A stretch of 63,995 nt of DNA, the filler included, from Octopus bimaculoides (lineage: Eukaryota), in NCBI RefSeq assembly GCF_001194135.2. It is 4 parts of 4 records of this genome, joined end to end, with 100 filler letters (N's around TTAATTAATTAA, not from the genome) between each part and the next. Parts side by side here need not be neighbours in the genome. Positions count along the whole stretch, not along the records: positions 1 to 31,355 come from NC_068985.1; 3 more parts are not named here. One strand, written 5' to 3'. The notes beneath the pieces are model-generated. The model was not told the DNA's origin. It searched no databases and worked only from the letters and a program-made list of their open reading frames with translations. Positions 1 to 12,800 of this stretch are shown piece after piece. Numbering within the stretch: the first letter of the stretch is position 1; each line of letters starts with the position of its first letter. The translations under genes and the position numbers were made by a program.

Positions 1-386
1 TGCAACTCGTTTCCATGACCGAACTGCAGTCGTGGATCAAAAAGAGGCCGAGGAAGGGTGAATGACACGGCGAGTGTCGCGTTGCTCTCCAGCAACTATG
101 CCGTCCCAGGTTCACCTTGAGCGACTGCAACACAACCAAAGCATTCTATAGGGGATTAGTGGAGGAGAGGTACAACGACGATCTCGGGGCGAACCTGGGC
201 GTCGACTAGGAATACCTGATCCACCTGTTCAAGACGACTTTCAGGCCGGGACCTATGGACAACTTCCAACTTCCAGAGATCCCTGGCCTGGCAGTGCTAT
301 CAGGAAGCGCTCCTCCCCAAAAAGAAACGCTCTACTTTGTAACTTGTCCCCCTCTGTGTTCAACCCTGTGTGGCTAATAAAGAAAC
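1..386 (+). mobile_element. Tx1/L1-like non-LTR retrotransposon 3' fragment, internally deleted
   Basis: 199-310 is a diverged copy of 513-615 (both encode SLAWQCY). It then jumps to the same 3' end as the second copy (tgtcccc(c)tctgtgtt...ccctgtgtgg(c/g)taataaagaaac), followed by (TATC)n. Confidence 0.65.
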
Positions 387-387
387 A

Positions 388-446
<59 letters not shown>
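387..446. repeat. (TATC)n microsatellite
   Basis: Direct tandem repeat; more degenerate TATC/TCTG tracts at 491-512 and 1392-1720. Confidence 0.95.
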
Positions 447-512
447 GATTCTTGCTATCTACCTACCTTCGTTCTTTCTTGCTCTCCTGTGTATCTATCT
501 ATCTATCTATCT

Positions 513-1391
513 GCGTCGACGAGGAACACCTGACCCGCCTGTTCAGTACAACTTTCGGGTCGAGTCCTATGTACAATCACCAAAGATCCCTGGCTTGGCA
601 GTGCTATCGAGAAGTATTACCCGTTAAGGATAAGCTCTACAGGTACGGTTCGACACACATCGGAAAAGACTTGCCCAAGATGCGGTCAGAGCGACGAAAC
701 CGTTCTGCACGCACTCGTGCAATATCCAACCATTTCGGACCTGTGGGCTTATGCCGAACGGCTGCTGTCACGTATGGGACGAGTCCGCCTGTCGGCCAAG
801 TCTATCGTGGAAATTGCTCCACCACCTTAACCGGGAAGGCAAGGAAGTCTTCATCGTACTAGTGGCCATGGTGAAAGAATGTGTGTGGTGGACTCGAGCG
901 AAAGGTTTAGAGACAAACACTTACCTCTCTGGCCAATCGCTCATCAACTTTTTCATGTACCACTTGAAAAGGAAGGTGGGAATAGAGAAGCAAGTTTTGT
1001 CTCGTGAAAGTTTCAATAAAAGGTGGGTGAATGTAGCAAAGATGGTGCATGAGAGTAACGAAACCACTTTGAGCATGATCCTGTAAATCGAAAAAGAAAG
1101 AGAGAGAGAGAGAGAGTACTTTTCTCTCATGTGTTTATTCCCTCCGTGTCTAAGGTTACCGTGGTCTTTTCCGTAAGATTTCTTTTCCACGGATAAACCT
1201 AATCTTGCTTTTTACACTTTAAAAATTTTTCTGTGATACGCGATCCCTTTTGATTTTTATTATTTTTTTTTCCTCACGATCCCTTTTCATCGGAATTTTG
1301 TTTTTCTCCTTTTTTTCTATTTTCGAAAAGAAAAGTTCTACATTGTATTTTGTCCCCTCTGTGTTTGGCCCTGTGTGGGTAATAAAGAAAC
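513..1391 (+). mobile_element. 5'-truncated Tx1/L1-like LINE (zf-RVT and ORF2 C-terminus, 3' UTR)
   Basis: Frameshifted SLAWQCYREVLPVKDKLYRYG...KTCPRCGQSDETVLHALVQ resembles the zf-RVT zinc finger. ECVWWTR...LKRKV...FNKRW resembles the L1/Tx1 C-terminus. AATAAA at 1381. Confidence 0.75.
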
Positions 1392-2062
1392 TTATCTTGT
1401 GTATCTATTTGTCTACTTTCGTTCTTTCTTGCTATCTATCTATCTACCTTTCGTTCTTTCTTGCTATCTATCTATCTATATATCTATCTATCTTCCGTTC
1501 TTTCTTTCTATCCATCCATTTATCTATCGTTCGTTCTTTCTTTCCAGCCACCCATAATCTATCTTTCGTTCTTACCACCCATCCATCTATCTATCTTTCT
1601 TTCCATCCATCTATCTATCTTACCTTTCATCTATCCGTCTGTCTGTCTGTCGATCTGTCTGTGTGTCTATCAACCTGTCTGTCTAGCTCACTGCCGAGGT
1701 TTCTGACTACCTGTCTACATATCTATCAATCTTTATGCTTTTCAATTTCTTTTTTTTTTACTCCTTTCAACATTTTTCTCAGCTATCGCACACATAAGCA
1801 ATTACACGCGCGCGCACTCACACGCACACAAACACACACACAACTAACACACACACGCACACTCACAAACACGTATGCGCATACTAGTAACTATACACAC
1901 ACACATACGTTTTTGTGAGTATGTGTGTGAGAGTGTGTGTATGTGTGTGTGTCTGTTAGTGTGTGTGTGTGTGTATGTGAATGTGAGTGTGTATGTCATT
2001 GCGTCAGGTGTATACAAGCCACTTAAGTATACTTATATTTTTCACTCATTTCGTTTTCTCCA

Positions 2063-2095
<33 letters not shown>

Positions 2096-2221
2096 CACAC
2101 ATACACACACATACACACACAAACGCATACATTCGCAAACACGTATGCACATAATTATAATTACACATACATAAACACTTCTGGGAGTCTGGGTGAGAGA
2201 GAGCGTGCGTTATTATGTGTG

Positions 2222-2271
<50 letters not shown>

Positions 2272-2835
2272 CATTTCATTGCTTGGGGAGTGTCTTAAGT
2301 GTATTACACTTTTATATTTTTCACAACTTGCTTTTTCTTCAGCAAACGCACACACATACACGAGCGCACGCGCACATACACTTATACGCAAATAAACAGA
2401 ACAAGTATGACTGTATTAAGAAAATTTACACATGTGATTTAGGGTTCCTCTCCGCTGCCAGGTATTGTGGGCAAAGCCTTTCTTACAGATGTTATCAAGA
2501 CCTTGTAACTAAACATCATTAACGGAAATTGTGCAGAAGCCCGACAAAATGGTCGTTCTTATTGGTTAAGGAGCTTGATTCATGCCCCGGTCGAACACGA
2601 CCATCGGATCCCTGAGGACATTTAGCAAAGTCCACTGTGTTGGAAGCATTAAATGATGTCTATGAATTACTTCAATTTCAAACAGTCGACACACACACAC
2701 TCTCTCTCTCTCTCCTCTTTCACGCACCCATTCTCCTATTTTTCTTTTGTTGTAGTCTATGTCTGACTTGCCGCCTCTCTGAATATAAACTATACAGTCA
2801 TATGTATATGTATATATACATACATACATGCGATT

Positions 2836-3474
2836 AGCAGCTGTCCTAACATGTCGACACGATATACCTCCTTATGCGGCACGATATTGTCACTAAAACA
2901 ATTTACAATGCCATCCGCAAAAAAGACTGTCCTGAAATAAGCTTAGAAAATCCTTGTTATGGAATACATTCATAAACACCAACTCAAGGAATACTGGTGG
3001 AATATTCCCATCAAAACTTCTGTCAAACGTAAGCATAACAGGCCGGCTATTGCTGTTTGGGACAGAAGGGCAAAGATATGTATCGTCATAGAGCTCAGCT
3101 CCCCTGCAGGTATAAATATTTCTTTGAAAATCAAAGAAAAAGAGGATATCCATAGACAATTGCTTCGAAACTGCCAGTTTCTATATCCAGACTATGAATT
3201 CATATTCATGCCAATAATAATTGGAGCACTAGATTTTGTTAATAAATGCTTAAAGGAGAATCTGGATAAACTGGGATTTTCAAAAAGAGAAATCGACCGG
3301 CTAATTCGCACATTACAAGTGCAATCTGGAACAGTAAAAATATGGAAGACTTTTCTCAAGTGCCAAATGTGAAATTGTCTGTGCTAACTACATCACAAGG
3401 ATGGAGCCTTGTAGCTTTGTTGGAAACCAGCACCCTCCTCAGTGGAAGATCTATAATAATTAAAACATAGAAGA
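2836..3474 (+). mobile_element. RLE-type (R4/NeSL-like) non-LTR retrotransposon 3' fragment
   Basis: RHD motif, then ORF 2959-3372 with RPAIAVWD..CIVIELSSP..NISLKIKEKE..PIIIGAL, a decayed PD-(D/E)xK restriction-like endonuclease. Ends at (TACA)n. Confidence 0.75.
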
Positions 3475-3503
3475 TACATACATACATACATACATACATA
3501 CAT

Positions 3504-3568
<65 letters not shown>

Positions 3569-3571
3569 CAT

Positions 3572-3789
3572 GCGAAGGGGTGCTGAAAAGCTCCTGTCTT
3601 CAAAGTTATTACGAAAGGCCTAGGTGGAGGCCCAACCTTCCGAATTCTTTTACAGGACTCAGAAACGTGAAGGATCGCTGCAATAAGTGTGAATCTGAGA
3701 GGGAAAATGTTGAATAAAATCATAATTAACTGAACCCTCTGTATATATCTTTTTACCCAAAGCCAGGAACTTTTCAGCACCCCCTCGTA
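3572..3789 (+). mobile_element. Mariner-derived MITE (~215 bp)
   Basis: TIRs cgaaggggtgctgaaaagctcctg / caggaacttttcagcaccccctcg followed by TA. Interior retains a mariner-like C-terminal remnant (VNLRG..ENVE*). Confidence 0.75.
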
Positions 3790-4514
3790 TATGTATATGT
3801 ATTATATGTATATATAAATAAGAAAGGAATATAAACAAAAGTAAAGGGTGTAGTTACATGGAAAGTTTCACATTAAAATAAATCAATGATGTAATTAAGT
3901 TTTATCTTTTTAGCTCTTTCGGATAAACAATGACTAGTCTCAGGATACTTTTATGAGTAATAACAATATTTATATGTATTATGCAAAGTGAGCCAACTAT
4001 CTCTACCCTAATAACGATGAAAGTAATACTTTTTTTGTTTCTAATGATAGGACTACCAATCATATTAAATCTACTGACCCCAGTGCGACTAATAAAGCAC
4101 CCGCCATAATCTGCAATAAGTGTAACATCACAATGCCTAGTAATGTCCCTTTGATCGGCAATTGCATATGCTAAAATTTCATTTAGAAATGTACCGTTAT
4201 CACTATACGGTCGCACTTCGCCAGAATTTTAATTCATGGGCTGATTGATTTTTAAGTACCGTTATCTTACATATCTGACCTCTTTTACAAGTATTGCGAG
4301 AAAATAATCTACTTCGCTGGCCATTTTGCATTCACCACCTGGAAGATGAGTGTATTTCCTATAAACTCCCTGGTTCATAGTTGGTGGGAAGCCGTGAGTC
4401 CCTTATTATGTTATGTCAAGATGCTACCGTTATTCCTTTAGTATACTGTCTCCGAATGAGTTCTCCCCCTTCGATTGCTTCTCTGGCGTAATTATCATGT
4501 GCCAACATTAATTA

Positions 4515-4716
4515 TGGTTTCAAATTTTGGCACAAGGCCAGCAATTTCGAAGTAAGGCGTGATTCGATTACATCAACCTCAGTGTCTTATTGGTACTTAT
4601 TTTATCGACTTCAAAAAGATGAATGGCTAAGTCAACCTCAATAGAATTTGAACTCAGAGCGTAGAGACGAGCAAAATGCTTAGCAGCATTTTGCCCGGCA
4701 TAGTAAAGAGTCTTCC
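4515..4716 (-). mobile_element. tRNA-derived SINE, family A
   Basis: Matches other copies in the window (20208-20428, 51804-52006), including the tail ...ccttgtgccaaaatttgaaacc and gagttcaaatt B-box-like motif. Confidence 0.7.
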
Positions 4717-5559
4717 TGTTTGCTACCTGTTTACCAACTTTAATATTACAAAAGCATTCTCTCATTACAGTAAACGTCCATGTTCTAACCTTCCTTTTTA
4801 CTATCCTCTTCACCAGAATTATTTTCCCTTAACCACCATACCGCTACATCTAGTTATAATTAGAGTCTACACGTCTTTTCCTTTCTCCAAACCCTCTAAC
4901 CTGCGCGTCTTACGTTACATGTTTCTCTCCAATTTTACTGTCCTGTTTCCTCACTGTGACTAACAAGTTGTTAGGTACTGACCTTGATTTAATGCATATT
5001 AAGCGCTTGCTTGTATCTCAATATTGATTACCTACAACAGTCCTTTTTATCTCTTACTATCCCCTCTCTAGATACTGGTTTTCTTTTGATCAAGATGACT
5101 TTCTTACATTTTATCTATTTTTGTCAACAGATGTATTTTAATGTCATTTTACTAAATCTACTTTAGTAAACCTATCCTTCTCCCGTCACTTATCTTGCCG
5201 TTTATACCCCATTCAACTCCTTTTATCTAGTTTCCCATTGAATTTATATATTTATAAACGCTATTATTCAGAATTTTCTAATAAGAATAACAATTTCACA
5301 TCAGGGGTTTCACAAAATACATGCTTAATCATACGTATGCAATATTATTGGACCTTATTAAATAATATGTACGTTAAGGGGGACCAGTCGGCGAGTATCC
5401 GAAACAGCTGTAAAGATAAGCCATGATTACACAATTTATTTATTTATGTATGTAACTCTTCATATAGATACACCCCTTACGACATCCATTATATAACTAT
5501 ATATATATGCATATATATGTGTATATATATCTGTATATACGTGTATATATATGGTTGTA

Positions 5560-5884
5560 CATTTACAGATTTTTATTAATATGTCACAAGTCTTTATAAA
5601 TCATATATTAGCGCTTGCATCTACTCTAGTAGACTTTTCAGATTTAAATTTTTTGAGGCGATTCGTCTCTTTTTATAGTATTATTGAGTGTGTAGGGGTG
5701 GAGAGAGATATATAGGATAGTAAAAGAGGGTGAGGAATGGGGAGAAAGTGAGAGAGTGTGTGTTTTGTGTGCGTGTGTGTGNNNNNNNNNNNNNNNNNNN
5801 NNNNNNNNNNNNNNNNNNNNNNNNNNNNNNNNNNNNNNNNNNNNNNNNNNNNNNNNNNNNNNNNNNNNNNNNNNNNNNNNNNNN

Positions 5885-5915
<31 letters not shown>

Positions 5916-6670
5916 CAAGAGGAATGAAAATAAGGGACAATTCTTTACAAAAATGAAGATATTAGGATGGGCAATAATGTACAAGAGAAAGTGTCTTGTG
6001 AAGGAGCTCAGCGAAACAGATATGCATACAATTTATTGTACATTGTGAGGACATTATTATACAGACTAAGTTCTAGATGGGGTGTGATTTACATGCATTC
6101 AGCCATTCAGTTTGGGGGAGAACTTTGTTATGAAGTATTGTTCCATATTTTTTGTGAAGAAGGTGTCATTCCTTGGGCATCTATAGAAGGGAAAGATCTC
6201 AAATTTTCCTTTTCCACATGTTTGTAAGTGTTTACTCAGTGGGATCTTTCGCAGTTCCTCCTGTCGGATATGTTGTCGGGGAATTCTGACTCGTTGGCAT
6301 AAAGAATTTCCAGTTTCGCCTATATAATTCTCCTTGCATGTGGGACAGGTTATGCAGTATATTACGTTTTGCGCCTTGCAATTCATGTCTGCATTTACTT
6401 TGAATATGTGACTACTCTTAAATTTTATTTGTTTGGTTCCCTCTATATATTTGTAGATGGGGTTACTGCAGATCCCACATCTACCATCTCCACTTCGTTT
6501 TATTTTCTGATGAGAATTTTACTCTTGTTAGTTGTTTTGACGTTTAATCGATTATCAAACCATACTGTGCTCTCATCAGTAGTATCTACATCATTTGACG
6601 AACCCTTGAAAAATAACTTTTATCAAAATAAAACAAAGTAGCCACCTGGTTTTGCCATTTTAAAAGCCAA
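5560..6670 (-). mobile_element. Penelope-like element 3' fragment (GIY-YIG endonuclease + terminal repeat)
   Basis: GIY-YIG ORF at 6099-6386; decayed hammerhead-like motif and AATAAA near 5580-5645. Confidence 0.75.
6099..6386 (-). pseudogene. GIY-YIG endonuclease domain of a Penelope-like retroelement (fragment)
   Basis: NVIYCITCPTCKENYIGETGNSLCQRV...H...H..C...E.YFI.KF.PKLN is the PLE-type GIY-YIG with a CxxC between the VIY and YIG motifs. Confidence 0.85.
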
Positions 6671-6960
6671 GAATCAACTTGTCATCTTTTATTGAAATAA
6701 CTGACCAGCTGTATATATATAAACACATATTTTCTTCTTTCCCTCTTCCTTCTTTCTTTCCTTCTCTTTTCCATCGACACTCCTTTCAGATACACAGGCA
6801 CACAGGCACACACACACACACACATACACACACACACACACACACAAACACNNNNNNNNNNACACACACACACACACAAACACACACACTCTCACTTTCT
6901 CCCCATCCTCACCCTCTTTTATTACACAGACACACAAACATATACATGAATATAAATATA

Positions 6961-7125
6961 TATACGACGGGCTTCTTTCCGTTTCCGTCTACCAAATCCA
7001 CTCACAAGGCTTTGGTCGGCCCGAGGCTATAGTAGAAGACACTTGCCCAAGGTGCCACGCAGTGGGACTGAACCCGGAACCATGTGGTTGGTATGCAAGC
7101 GACTTACCACACAGCCACTCCTGCT
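6961..7125 (-). mobile_element. tRNA-derived SINE, family B head
   Basis: Reverse complement agcaggagtggctgtgtggtaag...gggttcagtcccactgcgtggcaccttgggcaag; homologous to 9063-9200 and 59155-59320. Confidence 0.8.
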
Positions 7126-7170
7126 CCCATATGTATACATATATACATATATATCAAAAATCAAAACAAG

Positions 7171-7335
7171 CATTACTTAAATAAATGGAGTAGCATGAAA
7201 CGTGCGTACTGCAATAATCTTTAAAATCCGTGTTGCTTTTTTTGATTTTTGATCACCTTGTTTTTGGAATTGTTTGGATAATACCATACTATATTCTGGT
7301 GTCTAAGCATAAGTACCACATTCAATTTGGAATCT
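7171..7335. repeat. Unclassified interspersed repeat (same-orientation copy at 37247-37412)
   Basis: About 165 bp with roughly 85% identity by eye, sharing aaataaatggagtagcatgaaacgtgcgtactgcaataa. Confidence 0.8.
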
Positions 7336-8536
7336 NNNNNNNNNNNNNNNNNNNNNNNNNNNNNNNNNNNNNNNNNNNNNNNNNNNNNNNNNNNNNNNNN
7401 NNNNNNNNNNNNNNNNNNNNNNNNNNNNNNNNNNNNNNNNNNNNNNNNNNNNNNNNNNNNNNNNNNNNNNNNNNNNNNNNNNNNNNNNNNNNNNNNNNNN
7501 NNNNNNNNNNNNNNNNNNNNNNNNNNNNNNNNNNNNNNNNNNNNNNNNNNNNNNNNNNNNNNNNNNNNNNNNNNNNNNNNNNNNNNNNNNNNNNNNNNNN
7601 NNNNNNNNNNNNNNNNNNNNNNNNNNNNNNNNNNNNNNNNNNNNNNNNNNNNNNNNNNNNNNNNNNNNNNNNNNNNNNNNNNNNNNNNNNNNNNNNNNNN
7701 NNNNNNNNNNNNNNNNNNNNNNNNNNNNNNNNNNNNNNNNNNNNNNNNNNNNNNNNNNNNNNNNNNNNNNNNNNNNNNNACCAACGTGTAGGGATTAACA
7801 TGATGTAAGGTTCAACATGATGAAAAGGCGAGAAGAACGTGAGAAAAAATATAAACAGACAGTGGAATTGAGAAAAAAATTACCTAAAATTTTAGTAATT
7901 CCTAAGCATCATTCCCATGCTCAATAACAATAGAGTCCTGCTATTGTCATCGCTCATTCCACAATATAAACAATTTCCAAAAATAATGGCAGGTGTGAGT
8001 GATTCTTATAGAGGTTTTTCGAGATGTAAGATTCCCATCCTGAAAAGTCCTTGTTATATCTTTTTCAAATTGATAACCAAACGCTCTATCAATCTCCCTG
8101 ATCTGTTGATACGAACAATGATTCCTGCGAATGTGAAATTGCATTTTTAAGAACTGCACTCGTGAATAATCTTAAGGCACAACTATTATTTAGGTGCACA
8201 GACATACACAAACACGCACGCACACACGCGCAGACATATGTACACATACACATATAAACACAGACACAATTACACACATATACATAAACGCCTGCACACA
8301 CATTCACACACACACATCTATCTATATATATATATAGATAGATAGATGTGTGTAGATACATGCATTCGTATGTATATATATGTATGTGTTTGTGTTTATG
8401 TATGAATGTATTTATGCTTGCTTCCTAAAACGCTATGCAGTGCAAACTTTGCATACCAATTTCATGCTGACCCATTTATATTATCTAGAAGTACATCAGG
8501 ATAGTTCATGGAAGCAGTTAATTACATCTGCGTGAC

Positions 8537-8690
8537 AAGAAGAAGAAGAAGAAGAAGAAGAAGAAGAAGAAGAAGAAGAAGAAGAAGAAGAAGAAGAAGA
8601 AGAAGAAGAAGAAGAAAAAGAAGAAGAAGAAGAAGAAGAAGAAGAAGAAGAAGAAGAAGAAGAAGAAGAAGAAGAAGAAGAAGAAGAAGA
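8537..8690. repeat. (AAG)n microsatellite, ~50 units
   Basis: Near-perfect tandem repeat. Confidence 0.95.
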
Positions 8691-9062
8691 AAAGGAGGTA
8701 AACTAAGAAGAAAAGAAGACGAAGAAGAAAAGAAGACGAAGAAGAAAAGAAGGATGAGGAGGAGAGAAAAGAAGTAAAGAAGAAGACGGAGTTGGAGCAC
8801 AGGAAAAGAAAGAGAGGAGGAGGAGGAGGAGGAAAATTAAATGAAATACACGTTCTAAGCGTATAGATGCAGTTTAATTTCCTTTGAAATCCCTTTACCA
8901 AAAAGTAAAAGACCCCGGAAAATATTTATGATTCCTTTGCATATTTTTATTGCATCCCATTATTACAAGCAGTATAAGATATGTCTTGATTCAATTTTTT
9001 AATACGGAAACTAACTCTTTCGTCGTTACTAAACGAACGCTCATTTCAGATTCGATTTTAAA

Positions 9063-9200
9063 AGCAAGCAGTGGCTGTGGTAAGAAGCTTGCTTCCCAAC
9101 CACATGCTTTCGGGTTCAGTCCCACTACGTGGCACCTTGGGCAAGTGTACTCTACTATAACCTTGGGCCGACGTAAAAGGACTGAAACAAGTAAAAGAGT
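9063..9200 (+). mobile_element. SINE family B head, truncated
   Basis: Homologous to the reverse complement of 6961-7125; ends in gactgaaacaagtaaaagag. Confidence 0.75.
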
Positions 9201-9202
9201 AA

Positions 9203-9250
<48 letters not shown>

Positions 9251-9254
9251 CTTT

Positions 9255-9420
9255 CTTTCTTTCAGTCATTACACTATGACCATTCTAGGGCACCGCATTG
9301 CAGAATTTCTAGTCGAATGAATCGACTCCCGTACTTATTTTATTCTTAAACCTGGTACTTATATTCTTTGGTCGAACCGCTAAGCTACGAGGATATAAAC
9401 ACAGACACAAAGACACACAC
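9255..9420 (-). mobile_element. SINE tail segment (family C)
   Basis: Homologous to 61795-61990 and 62500-62690 (cttagcggttcg...aagtac). Confidence 0.6.
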
Positions 9421-9509
9421 AAGCACACGCATACGCACATATACACACACAACACACACATATACATACATACATATTTATACATATATGTGTGTATGTA
9501 TATACATAA

Positions 9510-9541
<32 letters not shown>

Positions 9542-10309
9542 GTGTATGTATGTGTGTGCGTGTGTGTGTTTGTGTGTGTGTGTTTGTGTGTGTGTGTTTG
9601 TGTGTGTGTGTGTTTGTGTGTGTGTGTTTGTGTGTGTGTATAAAACACAACATTGCCTTGGCTAAATAAGATAACAGCTGCTCACATAGCTACTGGACAT
9701 AACCAAATGGCTAAAACAGCAACTTTCACCTTTCAGAGCTGTTGTTCTGACTGTCATATGACATATTCACTTGACAAAAGCTTAAACGTGACCTTCCTGC
9801 GCAGCTGTCACAAAAATATATTGAAGATACCAGTTGCACAATTATAAAATGAGATATCCCGAAGCAATAACCAAAATCTCTGAAAGTAACTTTGAAACAA
9901 ACAAAAGAAAAAGAATAGACGTCGACATCAATACTATTTATAATGGATAATACGATCTATAATGATGATTTCAGAGAATAATATGAGCGTTCAGATTTAT
10001 AGAAACTATAAACAGCAGTAAACAAGAGAAGTCTAGCATTGTCATTTAGGCTCTATAATATGATATAGATGAGAGAACCTTATGTCATGTACTGTCAACT
10101 AACGCTAGAATCCTAATTTGAAATTAACAGCAAAAGAACCCAACATTAGAAGGAACATACTAACACAAATTTACCATCCGAGTGTTGATACAGCCTACTC
10201 TTACTCCACCTGTCACATCCTAGGTGTTCCGCTGGGTCAAGAACTTAGGAACACAGGCACCTAAAATAATTAACAAAACCATGCCTTTTATTATCATGCA
10301 ATACTCGTT

Positions 10310-10508
10310 CGCTGGTAATCTTAATGTAGTTCTCAAGGAGATTCAGCGTGACACAGAATGTGACAACGCGGGCACTTTTAGATACAGGTCCTACTCATTT
10401 TTGCAAGCTGAGTGGACTGGAACGAGGATATAATGCGCCGCCAGTAACTGAACAAACGACTTTGAGATCGTGAGATGAAAATCCCTAACGACTAAGCCAC
10501 GCACCTTC
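10310..10508 (-). mobile_element. tRNA-derived SINE, family D
   Basis: Shares gagattcagcgtgacacaga(a/g)tgtgacaa with 25745-25925; tRNA-like head at the right end (reverse complement ggtgcgtggcttagtcgttaggg). Confidence 0.6.
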
Positions 10509-10987
10509 CCCATGTTCTTTTATGTATCAATCTGACAAATGACACTAAACTAATGGCTAAAACTGGATTTCTTGTAAAGAAAAGTGAAACTCACTAAGTC
10601 TTAGCTTCAGTTAAGTACCAGATTTGTTACATGACAGTTAAAGATTTCAAGTAATAAATGATTATGGGAAGCGCAGTGTACTCTTAAATTTTCAATTTAG
10701 TTTCATATATCAGACATATGGCCGATCAAAGAAAATAAATAGGAATCAAACTCACAAACACACACACACACACACACACACACGCATGCACCCGTATAAA
10801 TTGAAGTATATTTTGCTTGGATAATAAAATTCCACATCAACTGCTTTTATTTATTCTGCTTTTTATTTCCATTATGCATATGAATGTAAACGGGCAGATG
10901 AATACATATATGACGTATATTATATACGTCTTATATAAATAGCATACACACGCGCATGCACACACACACACACACACACATACATAC

Positions 10988-11037
<50 letters not shown>

Positions 11038-11040
11038 ATC

Positions 11041-12180
11041 CAGGGGTTGGAGAAAATAATGGAAACACCTAGCATCATAGAATCATAATTTTGAAATATC
11101 TATTAAACCGTCAAAAGCTTGTTTATTTTTGTGCTTTTTGATTTATTACTGTTGCTTAATATATTTTGCTAAAATTGCTGGTTCTTTTCAGACACCAGAA
11201 AAAGGTAATTAAAATTCATTAAAACGACAGATCTATCGGACTTTCAAAGAGGTCAAATTGTTGGTGCTCGTATGGCAGGCGATAGCGTAACGAAATAGCC
11301 GAGATGTTTGGTGTATCAAGAAGTACTATCTCGAAAGTAATGACAGCCTTTGAGAAAGAGAGAGAAACCTCCTCGTCGAAACAAAACTCCGGAAGAAAAC
11401 CAAAACTTTTAGTAAGGGCCATCGGACTCTTACGCCAATTGTTAGAAAGGGTCACAAAAGTACAGCTCCCAAAATTACTGCAGAGCTTAATGACCACCTC
11501 GAGAACCACAGCTGGGAGCTGCACAAAGCCGGATTTCACAGGAGGGCTGCAATCAGAAAGCCACTACTTTCAAAAATAAACGTTGCAAAGCGTTTAGAGT
11601 GGAGTAAAAACCTACAGAATTGGGCCCTAGAGTAGTGAAAGAATGTTATTTTCTCGGACGAGTCATCCTTTACCTTATTTCCGACCACCGGCCGAGTATA
11701 CGTGTGGAGACAGCTAAAAGAAGCATTTGACCCAGACTGCCTTCTTCCAACTGTTAAACATGGAGGAGGATCATTTGTGATGATCTGGTGGGGGGGGGAT
11801 ATATCTTGGGAATCCGCCGGCCCAATGGTTTCCCTTCATGGTAGAATTAATAGTCAAGACTAAGCATTTTATCTGATCAAATTTATCTTATGGTTTCAGA
11901 ACTGTCTCCGGGGCGAAACGCAATCTTTCAGGATGATAATGCACCAATTCATACAGCTACTGAATGGCATGAGGAATATTCTAGTGAAGTTTAACATCTT
12001 ATCTGGTCACCGGAATCCCCAGATCTCAATATTATTGAATATTTATGGTGCATATTAGAAAAACAAGTAAGGAGTCGATATCCTCCACCGTCATCACTAC
12101 AAGAACTGGAGACTGTTTTAGCTGAAGAATGGACGAAAATTCCTTTGGAAACAATTCAAACTTTATACGAGTCCATACCT
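11041..12180 (+). mobile_element. Tc1-family DNA transposon, decayed, 3' end missing
   Basis: Left TIR-like caggggttggagaaaataatggaaacac. Broken transposase from ~11224: DLSDFQRGQIVGAR, GRKPKL, FSDES, QDDNAPIHT, SPDLNIIE. No right TIR seen. Confidence 0.9.
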
Positions 12181-12609
12181 ATCAATATATATAATTCATT
12201 TAAAATACAGACATGCTTGTATTATTAAATGAATAATATATAGTCTATTGACTAACTTTTTCTTCTCGCTAGACCACTGGTAGTAAATAAAATTTCTAAA
12301 ACTTTTTTTGCTACCCTATGATTTATTAATATCAATATATNNNNNNNNNNNNNNNNNNNNNNNNNNNNNNNNNNNNNNNNNNNNNNNNNNNNNNNNNNNN
12401 NNNNNNNNNNNNNNNNNNNNNNNNNNNNNNNNNNNNNNNNNNNNNNNNNNNNNNNNNNNNNNNNNNNNNNNNNNNNNNNNNNNNNNNNNNNNNNNNNNNN
12501 NNNNNNNNNNNNNNNNNNNNNNNNNNNNNNNNNNNNNNNNNNNNNNNNNNNNGTGATTAAAGGAGAGAATGATGTCAGAATTCGGTGTTATTGCTTTTAA
12601 AACGTTTTA

Positions 12610-12614
12610 ATAAC

Positions 12615-12647
<33 letters not shown>

Positions 12648-12723
12648 GATAATAATAATAATAATAGTAATAATAATAATAATAACAACAATAATAATAA
12701 TAATAATAATAATAGTAGTAGTA

Positions 12724-12798
<75 letters not shown>

Positions 12799-12800
12799 GA
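12610..12800. repeat. (AAT)n compound microsatellite
   Basis: Direct tandem repeat with AAC/AGT interruptions. Confidence 0.95.

Noticed and set aside
3900-5000. Possible very old RTE-like LINE on the minus strand
   Set aside because: Only faint motif echoes (GGC, VDYFL); not enough to support without a profile search.
5380-5425. GAAAC-AGCT-GTA, resembling the 3' half of a hammerhead with a palindromic loop
   Set aside because: No recognisable CUGANGA strand or helix I upstream; too decayed to call.
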